64,000 nucleotides of DNA, from positions 1 through 64,000 of IMG/VR virus record IMGVR_UViG_3300020413_000004; one strand, written 5' to 3'. How positions within the stretch are numbered: the first letter of the stretch is position 1; each line of letters opens with the position of its first letter. The notes beneath the pieces were generated by a model. The model did not search any database. It was not told where the DNA came from and worked only from the letters and a program-made list of their open reading frames with translations. Position numbers and translations under genes: made by a program. This document shows, piece after piece, positions 7,475 through 16,723 of the stretch. This DNA comes from a virus. Taxonomy: Duplodnaviria > Caudoviricetes.

Positions 7475-7735
7475 GAGCCATTAAAACGGAATCCCCTATT
7501 GTAGACTAGTTACAGGGCTATGCACGTAGTCTGTCGTTAGGGTTGACATCTTTCGCACAGTAAACATCCTCTCTAGTATAATGTTATACAATTTTTGCTA
7601 ACCGCTGTTTTGCTACCGCAAACGCTTCGCGTTGTCTCGTAAAAAAAACCGCTTTACCGCACCGCGGCATAAATAACTGGCACTGATTGGTCCGCCCTGG
7701 ATCCATTAATCAACGAAACTAAAGGAAATATTTTT

Positions 7736-8134
7736 ATGAAGATCAAAACCCTACTAATTGCGGGAGTGGTTCTTTTGACTGCAAACATTGCCAATGCAAT
7801 GGATTTGTCAGAACGACTAGCCCTTAACACAGAAGTAAAGATGGCACACAAGATTGATGCCGAAGCTACCAAAGTAACTATTAATCCAGAATTTGTTTGG
7901 ACACCTGGCATCGATATGAAATTAACTGCTGGTACAACCATCACTGGATGGGATTCTACACTTGACGATCGCTTTATACTGTTTGATGCAGTTCAAGATG
8001 ATTCAAGACCTGATTTAGAACTAGGCGGATACTATACCTTGTATAGTGGCGTAGAGCTATATGGTGAAACCAAATGGGATATGAATGCCGGAGAAAGAAA
8101 AGAAATTGAAGTTGGACTAACATACAACTTCTAA
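7736..8134 (+). CDS. small outer-membrane beta-barrel/porin-like protein
   Basis: Signal peptide ending ANA; alternating beta pattern; C-terminal GLTYNF beta-signal. Confidence 0.65.
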   Translation: MKIKTLLIAGVVLLTANIANAMDLSERLALNTEVKMAHKIDAEATKVTINPEFVWTPGIDMKLTAGTTITGWDSTLDDRFILFDAVQDDSRPDLELGGYYTLYSGVELYGETKWDMNAGERKEIEVGLTYNF

Positions 8135-8157
8135 ATTAACACAATAAAACTATCAAG

Positions 8158-8187
8158 AGGGTCGCCATTCGGTGGCCCTTTTTTTTA
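8158..8187 (+). terminator. Rho-independent terminator
   Basis: AGGGTCGCC-ATTC-GGTGGCCCT plus T tract. Confidence 0.8.
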
Positions 8188-8195
8188 AATACAGT

Positions 8196-8939
8196 ATGTC
8201 AAAAGTAATAGTAGCATTAGATTATACAAATCCCTTGGACGCACTTGAAATGTGTGCAAAGCTACGTGACGTAGTGGATGGATTTAAAATCAATCATGCA
8301 CTATGGAGCCAGAGTGTTTATATAAAAGACTATACCAAAGACAACGAATTATTTGTTGATTGCAAACTATGGGACACACCTAATACAGTAAAACAGATAC
8401 TAGAGAAGATTGTAGACAAGGGTGCTACAATGACAACAATATCTACACACAACAACCCAGCAGTATTTGAAGCAATACAACCATTTGCAGAGCAGACTAA
8501 ACTGTTAGGAGTTACCTATCTTACAAGTTGGAGTAGCCAAGAACTAAAACAGATAACAAATCAAAATGGGCCATTGTTGTGGAGAAACAACATTGATAGA
8601 ATCAGACCATATGGGTTTGCTGGCATGATATGTAGCCCTAATGACTTAGCCACAGTTAACCCACTAGCAACCGACATGATAAAAGTTTGTCCAGGAATAC
8701 AATATGAATCACAAAACTCTGGACAGTCAAGAACTACAACACCAACACAAGCAGTACAGCTTGGTGCAGATTACTTGGTCATTGGAAGATCAATTACCCA
8801 AGCAGTAGATCCTATTGCAACAGCAAATGAAATACGCAAAGAGCTAGACATGCTTACACCAGACTATTACGTTAGGAATTACCCTGATGGGTTTTCAAAG
8901 GAATGGATGGAACATGGAAGAACAGAAACGCAAGACTAG
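8196..8939 (+). CDS. pyrF: orotidine-5'-phosphate decarboxylase
   Basis: VIVALD, DCKLWDTPNT (DxKxxD), VCPGI, GADYLVIGRSIT. Confidence 0.92.
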   Translation: MSKVIVALDYTNPLDALEMCAKLRDVVDGFKINHALWSQSVYIKDYTKDNELFVDCKLWDTPNTVKQILEKIVDKGATMTTISTHNNPAVFEAIQPFAEQTKLLGVTYLTSWSSQELKQITNQNGPLLWRNNIDRIRPYGFAGMICSPNDLATVNPLATDMIKVCPGIQYESQNSGQSRTTTPTQAVQLGADYLVIGRSITQAVDPIATANEIRKELDMLTPDYYVRNYPDGFSKEWMEHGRTETQD

Positions 8940-9693
8940 ACATTGGTTTAAAACACTCCAGGATCAGATATGTAATAAGATAAGCCTGTATGAGGAACAG
9001 CCTTGGGAGCCCAATCCCTGGGAGCATGGCGAGTATCGTATGATGCGTGGCAAATGGATTGAAAAGGGTGGAGTAGCATGGAGCAATGTATCAGGACAAC
9101 TGCCCAAAGAGATAGCTGACAAGATGGGTGGCACTACATTTTGGAGTTCAGGTACTTCAGTTGTGCTACACACATGGAACCCTAGAACACCGGGTATGCA
9201 TTTCAACACACGTTATATTATAACAGACAACAAGGTATGGTTTGGGGGAGGTATGGATATAACACCCTACATACATGACGAAGAACTAATTGTATGGTAC
9301 CATAACGAATTAAAGAAAATGTGCGACAAGTATGATAGTAAGTTATATACACAGTTAAGTAAAAGATGTGATGAATATTTTTATCTACCCCATAGAAAAG
9401 AACACAGAGGAGCAGGGGGTATATTTTTTGATTATTACGACAACGGGTTTGACCAAGACTTTGCTTTCATAAAAGACGTGGGTGAAACTTTTTGTAACAT
9501 ATTAGATCATCTAATCAGCACAACTCGTTATAAAGATTTTAGTGACGGCCAAAAAGAAGCACAGTTAATCAAGAGGGGTAGGTATGCAGAGTTTAACCTG
9601 CTGTATGATAGAGGTACTCGTTTTGGTTTAGAGAGTGGGGGCAACGTTGATGCTATAATGATGAGCTTACCACCAAACTGTAAATGGCCATAG
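8887..9693 (+). CDS. hemF: oxygen-dependent coproporphyrinogen III oxidase
   Basis: EKGGV, HxNxR, WFGGGMDITP, RKEHRGAGGIFFD, RGRYAEFNLLYDRGTRFGL. Confidence 0.95.
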   Translation: MGFQRNGWNMEEQKRKTRHWFKTLQDQICNKISLYEEQPWEPNPWEHGEYRMMRGKWIEKGGVAWSNVSGQLPKEIADKMGGTTFWSSGTSVVLHTWNPRTPGMHFNTRYIITDNKVWFGGGMDITPYIHDEELIVWYHNELKKMCDKYDSKLYTQLSKRCDEYFYLPHRKEHRGAGGIFFDYYDNGFDQDFAFIKDVGETFCNILDHLISTTRYKDFSDGQKEAQLIKRGRYAEFNLLYDRGTRFGLESGGNVDAIMMSLPPNCKWP

Positions 9694-9711
9694 GGTGGTG
9701 TTGTTAAATAC

Positions 9712-10251
9712 ATGATGACAACAGAGCTCCATACCCCCTTTGAATTATTTACACCCAAGCAAGTAAAACGTTTGTTAAAAGATGCACGTGGCAAGGATCT
9801 AAAGCCAGGGTGGACCTTGAGAGGTACTACTACCCTTAGAACAAACAGTATAATATGGTATGATGAAGAACTTGTTAAGGACAAAGCCTACGAATATGAT
9901 TGGGCTGATAAAATACTATGCGATCACATGATTGCTCGAAAAGACTTGCCCATGGACTGGATGTACAAACCCTATCAGATAAGCAGGTATCAAGTAGGCG
10001 AACAATACGATTGGCATCCTGATTGGTATGAGGGTTGGCAGAAAAGGTCTTCTAATAGAAGCCTTACCCTAACTTGTACACTTCAATCAGCACCTGGGGC
10101 CATACTTGAAACAGAGACAGGGTCATATGATTTACAGCCAGGGTGGGCTGTAATGTTTCCATCTAAAGAATTGCACAGAGCAACAGCTCCTACAGAAGGC
10201 GAACGTTGGGCTTTTACTGTATGGGGTATGGCATATAATAAAGAAGATTAA
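9712..10251 (+). CDS. 2OG-Fe(II) oxygenase (prolyl-hydroxylase-like)
   Basis: YDWHPD (HxD), FPS..LH, GERW. Confidence 0.8.
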   Translation: MMTTELHTPFELFTPKQVKRLLKDARGKDLKPGWTLRGTTTLRTNSIIWYDEELVKDKAYEYDWADKILCDHMIARKDLPMDWMYKPYQISRYQVGEQYDWHPDWYEGWQKRSSNRSLTLTCTLQSAPGAILETETGSYDLQPGWAVMFPSKELHRATAPTEGERWAFTVWGMAYNKED

Positions 10252-10847
10252 TTTAATTTAACATTTACAGCAAACGATATTCGATCTGTTTGACTGTTAT
10301 TGCTCTCTACGTAGTGTCTAATCCAACTAGGAAATGCAATCAATAAGCCTGTTGTTGGCATAACTGTATATTGCGTACAGTTAAATGTGTTACTTTCCTT
10401 GATGTAATCGTTAGGTAATGATAGTTGTAGAGATGTATCGTTTGGTATCATAATTAAATTACCCGCATGCGGATCTGCTTGTACATAATATACAAATGAA
10501 ATAAAACTACCTGGGTGTATATGTGGTTCACTAGTTGCAATAGGCTCAAGCATTTCAGGACTGGTTCTATTAAACCATCCACTTAGTATTTCAAACTCTA
10601 CATTATCATTTAAGCTGTATACGTTTTCTTTTATACGTTGTATTCTTTCTTGTATACAACTCATGATGCCTGTTAGGTTATTATGTTTCAAATCAATATA
10701 ACCGCTTTGCCAGCCGCTTTTAAATTTATGATTGTCTGCAGATACTCCTGATGTTTCTAAATCATTTGCATGTTGTAATAGATTATGATTATCTATATCA
10801 ACTTCTTCACTAGCAAAGAAGTTAGAAAATAACGGAGTAATGTACAT
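10248..10847 (-). CDS. putative 2OG-Fe(II) oxygenase (TIGR02466-like)
   Basis: HIHPGSFISFVYY, FPSWIRH, DRISFAVN. Confidence 0.85.
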   Translation of the reverse strand: MYITPLFSNFFASEEVDIDNHNLLQHANDLETSGVSADNHKFKSGWQSGYIDLKHNNLTGIMSCIQERIQRIKENVYSLNDNVEFEILSGWFNRTSPEMLEPIATSEPHIHPGSFISFVYYVQADPHAGNLIMIPNDTSLQLSLPNDYIKESNTFNCTQYTVMPTTGLLIAFPSWIRHYVESNNSQTDRISFAVNVKLN

Positions 10848-11338
10848 TATATCTTGTACTCAAAGTTCTGTGTATCTGGATTTGAGGATATTTGTTTTGC
10901 ACCGTTTCGAATATGAAAATGTGTTGCCATTGGTGTTAAGGGTGATAGTGTTACAACTCTTTTAATAGCTTTGTTTGCTTTTACATGTTCTAAAAGTTTA
11001 TGGATAATTTCTTTACCTGCTCCTCTCTTTCTAGACCAAACAGTATATGCAATAGCAGTATTCACATCGTTTTTCATGTTTGCATTCTCACTTAGTAATG
11101 TTAGTTCTCTTACACTTTGAGGAACATCATTTGTGAATGCAACACATACAATGCCTTCTATATTATCTTGATATTTCAACCCGTATATCTTACGACCATA
11201 GCTTGTTCTATATTCTAAATCTAGGTCGGGTCTAACTGGATCTTCTTTCACATCTATATCTGTGAGCTCAACAAGTTCTGTACCTTTTACCCATTTAAAA
11301 AAGTTATCTAAAGACTTTTTAAAAGTTTCCATTTTCAC
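10847..11338 (-). CDS. hypothetical protein, GNAT-like
   Basis: YTVWSRKRGAG resembles acetyl-CoA motif A; FHIRNGA. Confidence 0.55.
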   Translation of the reverse strand: MKMETFKKSLDNFFKWVKGTELVELTDIDVKEDPVRPDLDLEYRTSYGRKIYGLKYQDNIEGIVCVAFTNDVPQSVRELTLLSENANMKNDVNTAIAYTVWSRKRGAGKEIIHKLLEHVKANKAIKRVVTLSPLTPMATHFHIRNGAKQISSNPDTQNFEYKI

Positions 11339-11341
11339 TAC

Positions 11342-12766
11342 TTACTCTGTACCTAAGTTATTTAAAAATTGTCTTAACTTTGTACTATCCGTTTGTCCTT
11401 TAACTTTTCCTACATTAGTACCTTGTGACGGATCTTCTTTTGTTTCATCCGTTGTATTTGCCGTTCCTGCATTTCTTTTAATCTGATCAAACACATTTGA
11501 CTTACCTGGACTAGCTGATTGATCTTCTTCTTCTCCAAGATCACGTATACGCAAACTATCTATATCAAATTCAAGATCTACTTTTGCTCCTACTCCACTA
11601 CTGCTTCTAGTCTTCATTAATTGTATTTGATACCTTCCACGTTCACGCATAGCTCTACTTGTAAAGATACCAACTACATTATCTGCTGTTTGTATCTTAC
11701 TTAATCCACCACTGATGTGCGAATGGTCAAATTCTATCTCTTCTACTGCACCTCTATTCAACTGCGATGCTGTTACAAAAACTGTATTCAATTCCATTGC
11801 AAGATCTCTTAGTTCTTCTGAAACATACTTATCTTTAACAAACAAGTTCTCTGCACTAATACGTTTAGCAATTGGCATCATTAAGTCTAAGTAGTCTACA
11901 AGAATTACATCTATCTTACGTCCTGTTTTTATTTCATATTCCTTAATATAACTTCTTAAGTCATTTGCTGTTTTGCCTGTTGACATATATTTTACTTGGA
12001 AAGCACCTGACTTCTTACCAATCATTTTTACTTTCATTTCAACGTCTTCTATATTTTTAAATATATCACGAGTTGGAATATCTGTAACCATTGCATCAAC
12101 TCTCATACTAACTAAGTTTTCACTTAGCTCGAAAGTCAAGTATAACACATTCATTCCAGCCAATGCCCAGTTAACACCAAGGTTAGCTAGGAATAAACTT
12201 TTACCTGCACCCGAACCACCTGCAAATATATTAAGTTCGCCTCTGTTGAATCCACCAAACAGTTTCTTATCTAGTGTAGCCCAACCCGTTGTAACTTGTC
12301 CGTTGTTGTCTTTTATAGCTTCTAGTCTGCTCTTAGGATCTTTCCAATAGTCTGTACCTAAGTCTTTCTGCAATCCAATCTGTACTGCTTTCTTAACTAG
12401 ATCTTCTACTGGACCGTATTCGCCTTGTTCAAGTAAGTCTGCACTTTTAAGTATAGCACTTTCTAATGCCTTATGTCTACTAAACGTTTCAAAGTCTTGC
12501 ATTAACCAATCATAATGATTCTCTTGTAGTTCGCCTGGATGCTTTAAGTCTGCCTGTGTAGCGGCGTTGACTATATCAAATGTCGGCATTGCATTATGTT
12601 CAACAACATAGTCATTTAAAAACTTTGCCGCTGGTTGCAATCTTCTGTCAAATGCAAGGTCATTAAACACAGACTGACATCTAACAAATGTCTCTGCATC
12701 TGTCATCATCATTTCTAGATATACTTTTTGTATATCATATCCATAGTCTGCATTTTGTCTAGTCAT
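11342..12766 (-). CDS. replicative DnaB-like helicase (T4 gp41)
   Basis: GGSGAGKS, TFEL, VDYLDLM, ASQLNR, MKTR. Confidence 0.93.
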   Translation of the reverse strand: MTRQNADYGYDIQKVYLEMMMTDAETFVRCQSVFNDLAFDRRLQPAAKFLNDYVVEHNAMPTFDIVNAATQADLKHPGELQENHYDWLMQDFETFSRHKALESAILKSADLLEQGEYGPVEDLVKKAVQIGLQKDLGTDYWKDPKSRLEAIKDNNGQVTTGWATLDKKLFGGFNRGELNIFAGGSGAGKSLFLANLGVNWALAGMNVLYLTFELSENLVSMRVDAMVTDIPTRDIFKNIEDVEMKVKMIGKKSGAFQVKYMSTGKTANDLRSYIKEYEIKTGRKIDVILVDYLDLMMPIAKRISAENLFVKDKYVSEELRDLAMELNTVFVTASQLNRGAVEEIEFDHSHISGGLSKIQTADNVVGIFTSRAMRERGRYQIQLMKTRSSSGVGAKVDLEFDIDSLRIRDLGEEEDQSASPGKSNVFDQIKRNAGTANTTDETKEDPSQGTNVGKVKGQTDSTKLRQFLNNLGTE

Positions 12767-12788
12767 TATCTTCCTTACTTACACACGT

Positions 12789-12817
12789 ATTATACAACAG
12801 TTCTTATATCTTGTCAA
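12789..12817 (-). promoter_or_regulatory. consensus sigma70 promoter for the helicase
   Basis: TTGACA-N17-TATAAT on the minus strand. Confidence 0.75.
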
Positions 12818-13059
12818 GTTGTCTTTTTGTTTGTTACCGATGTATAAATTCTGTGTAGTATATAAAACCATACAGAGTTGATTGCAGGTTCTATAACTGC
12901 TACTGCTCCAGCTTCCCATACACTTGCACCTGTAACTAAACTTACTACAATCATTGCTATAAGCATATGTCCTACAAAAAATATCAATGCAAGTGTAATG
13001 CTACTGTATCCTATTATATGTTTTATAGATTCTATTATTCCTTTATTAAATTCTGTCAT
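12814..13059 (-). CDS. small membrane protein (DUF2061-like)
   Basis: Two TM segments; IEPAINSVWFYILHR motif. Confidence 0.65.
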   Translation of the reverse strand: MTEFNKGIIESIKHIIGYSSITLALIFFVGHMLIAMIVVSLVTGASVWEAGAVAVIEPAINSVWFYILHRIYTSVTNKKTT

Positions 13060-13060
13060 C

Positions 13061-14047
13061 TTATCCTTTCCGGAACCACTTCTTTTCTCTCAGTCTTATC
13101 TTTAATTCTGACGATTCCTCGTTGTTTACGATACTATATAAAGCATATAATTTTCCATGTTTTTCCACAGCATCTCCTATATCGTTTATGTCGTCTGCCC
13201 AGTCTGGCATAGACACAGACCAGTTGTTTTCTATTGCAGTATCTATCATTTTACTTCCTGCATTATCTCTATCTGGTACGACAATTACTTTTTTATTTAA
13301 GCTATTCACAAGCAACGCCTGGCTATCTTTGATTTCACTTCCTAATATTGCAACACCGTCTACGTGTATTGCATCTATTGGACCTTCACATACTATGACA
13401 AATATCTTTTGTGGCCGTTGTTCATCTATGTTAAAAACATATCCAGGCTGTTGACTTGATAGATATTTTGGCTTTTTATCATTTAAGATTGTTCTAGCAG
13501 TATATCCTACAATTTGATTATGATAAAAAAACGGAACAATTAGTCTATCTCGATATGCAATATTAGGAGACCAGTAAAATTTATAATCTTCTAAAGACAA
13601 ACTTCTTTGTTTCATATACAATAGAATTTTTTGTAAATGCTCTGGAACATCATCTGTATCTTGTATTTGGATTGCATCAGCCGGAAGTTCAGTTAAATCA
13701 AATGTAGGTATAATTAAATCTTTTGTTGATTCTACACCTTCACTTAACCTCATGGCTTCTAGAGCAACTTTAGTAATAACATCATCAGGTACGTTATTCC
13801 ATCGCATAAATTGTTTCATTTTGTACGATAGGTTTCTACCAGGTTGCCAAGATGTTTTGAATCCGCAATTGAAACAGTGATAACTTAACCCGCCGTCAGC
13901 ATTAGATATAAGTCCGCCTCTACCTCTAGTATCAGCACCCGTGCCATTGTGATGGCAACAAGGTGCATTGAAAGAAATCCAACCGCTTGGTGTTTGTTTT
14001 CTTTTTGACGGTAAAAACGTCATAAGTGTTTCAGATACGATGCTCAT
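13061..14047 (-). CDS. DNA primase (T4 gp61-like)
   Basis: Zn ribbon (CC...HCFNC); TOPRIM EGPIDA; DRD; DIND. Confidence 0.9.
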   Translation of the reverse strand: MSIVSETLMTFLPSKRKQTPSGWISFNAPCCHHNGTGADTRGRGGLISNADGGLSYHCFNCGFKTSWQPGRNLSYKMKQFMRWNNVPDDVITKVALEAMRLSEGVESTKDLIIPTFDLTELPADAIQIQDTDDVPEHLQKILLYMKQRSLSLEDYKFYWSPNIAYRDRLIVPFFYHNQIVGYTARTILNDKKPKYLSSQQPGYVFNIDEQRPQKIFVIVCEGPIDAIHVDGVAILGSEIKDSQALLVNSLNKKVIVVPDRDNAGSKMIDTAIENNWSVSMPDWADDINDIGDAVEKHGKLYALYSIVNNEESSELKIRLREKKWFRKG

Positions 14048-14053
14048 AGTATT

Positions 14054-14082
14054 AGTATACTATCAAGCGGTTGGAAAGTCAA
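14054..14082 (-). promoter_or_regulatory. sigma70 promoter for the primase
   Basis: TTGACT-N17-TATACT. Confidence 0.7.
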
Positions 14083-14085
14083 TAC

Positions 14086-14568
14086 CTAAATATAATTTAG
14101 TGTTATTTTTTTATCAAAAACTTTAGCTACTCCGTAAAATATTATGAAGTAGAATGTAGTTCCTAATAACGTATTTTGAAAGAACGGAATAGCCGCTATG
14201 TAACATTCTAGTAATCCGCTGAATGTATATCCATAGTAACCGCTTGTCCATACTGCAAAATTTGTTATAACAAAAAACATTATAGGTCCTAAGAACAACA
14301 TAGGTAATAGTTTTACACGAGTTGATAACAACGTGCAAAGAGCTATTGAACTATATGTCCAAAGCATAAAGCTATGTAGTCCCCAATATAAGTCTGCAAC
14401 AAACATTGCTAATAGTGTCGCGGCAATGACTGCTAACTTATCTTTTACTACGTAGGGAGCAAATATAGCTACTGCTAATATAGGAGTAAAGTTTGGCGGA
14501 TGGGGGATTATCCGACTTAGAGCCATTACAGCTACGAACCCCCCAAACCACAAGATTTTCTCTACCAT
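14086..14568 (-). CDS. integral membrane protein, DUF6580/ECF S-component-like
   Basis: SRIIPHPPNFTP motif; FFVITNFAVW; CYIAAIPFF; about 6 TM segments. Confidence 0.65.
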   Translation of the reverse strand: MVEKILWFGGFVAVMALSRIIPHPPNFTPILAVAIFAPYVVKDKLAVIAATLLAMFVADLYWGLHSFMLWTYSSIALCTLLSTRVKLLPMLFLGPIMFFVITNFAVWTSGYYGYTFSGLLECYIAAIPFFQNTLLGTTFYFIIFYGVAKVFDKKITLNYI

Positions 14569-14924
14569 GAGTAAATAATTCCTGTCCACGTTTCTGTTCT
14601 TTGGAAATGTGGATTGATATCATTTAACATGTAAAGACTTACGCCATTACCTAATGAATAACTTAGGTTTACGGTTTGGCTGTATACGTCTAGCATATGA
14701 TCTGACCCTGCACTATCTATTGCAACTGAGGCACTATAGGTTGTACTAAACTTGTCTGTCCAAGGTTTAGTGGCATAAAAGTATCCGTACTTTAATTGGG
14801 AGTTCATGCCTTGCTCTACAGTTACACTATACATAATGTCGTCAGTGAACTTTTTGCTAGTAACTTCTTCTGCTTGTATTACTGTTGCGAAAAGCAGAAT
14901 AAAAACGCTTATTATTGTTTTCAT
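14562..14924 (-). CDS. exported small beta-barrel-like protein
   Basis: Signal peptide (IQA); beta-strand pattern; C-terminal GIIYSW. Confidence 0.6.
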   Translation of the reverse strand: MKTIISVFILLFATVIQAEEVTSKKFTDDIMYSVTVEQGMNSQLKYGYFYATKPWTDKFSTTYSASVAIDSAGSDHMLDVYSQTVNLSYSLGNGVSLYMLNDINPHFQRTETWTGIIYSW

Positions 14925-14970
14925 ATAAGACTAATATACATTCTTTTGTATAAAAGTCAACCGAAAAGAA

Positions 14971-15771
14971 TTAATTTCTTACTAATATTTTGGATAACTT
15001 ATCTGCAGGATTTGCACTACATTTGAATCGTAAATGACTAAAAATACCATTAAAGTTTACAGGCGTCGGTTCTGTTTCCGAACCTGCTATTGTTACAGTT
15101 GATACATCTGCCCAATTGGTGTTTCCTGTAACTGCATTTTCAAGTGTAGCCTGTATTGTTACATCGCCTGCATATCCACTTTGATATATAGCGGCTGTAT
15201 GTAATGCTTCGTTTCCGTTAATAGCTGGTTGTGCATCAATTGATTCACTATACCAAACACTATCATCTACACCTGATAATCCCTGATCTTCAGTAAATGC
15301 ACTGACTGAGTATGTTGCTTGTGGTCCAGGAAATGCATAGCTGTCGACAAATATAGTACCGTTGTTGTCAAAGTGACTATCAACATATGTAAGTGTTTTA
15401 GCACTTGTACTGTCTACAAGATATATGTTATACCTCAAAAATTGTTGTGGAATGTTAAGTAAATCATTTTCAGTAATGGTTACTGTAAACTTACCTCTAC
15501 TAGCACTACTATCGTCTAACTGTGTCACACTTCCGTCATGTGCTATAACTTGATTCCCGTTTTCATCAAATGCTACAAACTTGGGTGTGTAGGGTGCTAT
15601 GTTAATTGGCTTTTGATCTGCATTAAGCAGACGGAATTGGATTTGATTATCTATTCCTTTATATATTTTTATTTGTCTATTATACACTGGCATATACTCC
15701 GTTACGAAACCTGCATCATTCGCGACTATTGTTACAACATTATTTACTAAATATCTAGGTATTAACTGCAT
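14971..15771 (-). CDS. putative virion structural protein (beta-sandwich)
   Basis: Late promoter TATAAATA 4 nt before ATG; beta-rich. Confidence 0.6.
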   Translation of the reverse strand: MQLIPRYLVNNVVTIVANDAGFVTEYMPVYNRQIKIYKGIDNQIQFRLLNADQKPINIAPYTPKFVAFDENGNQVIAHDGSVTQLDDSSASRGKFTVTITENDLLNIPQQFLRYNIYLVDSTSAKTLTYVDSHFDNNGTIFVDSYAFPGPQATYSVSAFTEDQGLSGVDDSVWYSESIDAQPAINGNEALHTAAIYQSGYAGDVTIQATLENAVTGNTNWADVSTVTIAGSETEPTPVNFNGIFSHLRFKCSANPADKLSKILVRN

Positions 15772-15801
15772 AACGTATTTATAGGAATTTTAACTTAACA
15801 T

Positions 15802-16173
15802 ATGCTCAGAAACGAAATTGAGGAAAAGTATCCATTTATAAGTGTTATCACGTACGGAGGAAATGAGTACGTGGGTATAGTTGTAAATCAGGACCAGTAT
15901 GTGACAACCATCCTAAACTTTTCATCTTTAAAAACTACTGAAGATAAACAATACTTGTTACAGTTGGGTGAGATATGGTGGATGGAAAGTAATAGGCTGA
16001 TACCTATTTCTATATTTTTAAGAAAAGAAATAGATCAAATAAAATACTGTCAAATGTCAATGAACAGTAAGGATGTTAAAGTTACACTAGGGCCTACTGT
16101 AAACCTCAATAACTTACATATTAAAAGAATAAAAAGAAAAAGCGTTCAGCTTATTAGAAAGCCTAAGAAGTAA
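15802..16173 (+). CDS. hypothetical protein
   Basis: ORF; WWMESNR motif; basic C-terminus. Confidence 0.75.
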   Translation: MLRNEIEEKYPFISVITYGGNEYVGIVVNQDQYVTTILNFSSLKTTEDKQYLLQLGEIWWMESNRLIPISIFLRKEIDQIKYCQMSMNSKDVKVTLGPTVNLNNLHIKRIKRKSVQLIRKPKK

Positions 16174-16723
16174 ACTTTTCACATAACAAATTCATATGCA
16201 CGACTACTGCCATAGCATATGAATAAGCATGTGCTTTCTTAAAAAAGTATTCATTGTTTTTTGGTTTTATCCAAACTTCTTGTAGTATCTTTTTCCAAGT
16301 CTCGTTTACTAGATGTCTCTTGGCTGGACGTATTATCGCTAGTGTTGCCGCCAATTGATCTACCGAGGTGGGCTTCAATTGTTTCAACAGATTGTCGTGC
16401 CCGCTTAGATGAAAAACTTGATCTACGAAGTCCTTGTGCTCCAAAAGTTCCCATAGTGGCTCCTTTCTCATTAGGCTCATTAAATGTGTCTCGTCTTTTA
16501 CATTTTTGTATATAGACACATTTAGAAAATCTAATTTAAAATATCCTCTGTCTTCTGCTGTCTTATAATCTATTGTGCTTAGATTATCTACAGGATTGTG
16601 TGGACACTCTGTAACATACACTCCTGTATTATGTTTCTTACCAGTATCCAGTTTTGCAACACGATGATCTATTCTTTGTAAAATATCATTTCTGTCAGCA
16701 AAATCTATATCAATATCAGGCAA
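16163..16723 (-). CDS. miniature DNA polymerase III alpha (DnaE) catalytic fragment
   Basis: PDIDIDF, HNTGVY, KLDFL, IRP and FKKAHAYSY motifs within 186 aa. Confidence 0.8.
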   Translation of the reverse strand: MPDIDIDFADRNDILQRIDHRVAKLDTGKKHNTGVYVTECPHNPVDNLSTIDYKTAEDRGYFKLDFLNVSIYKNVKDETHLMSLMRKEPLWELLEHKDFVDQVFHLSGHDNLLKQLKPTSVDQLAATLAIIRPAKRHLVNETWKKILQEVWIKPKNNEYFFKKAHAYSYAMAVVVHMNLLCEKFTS

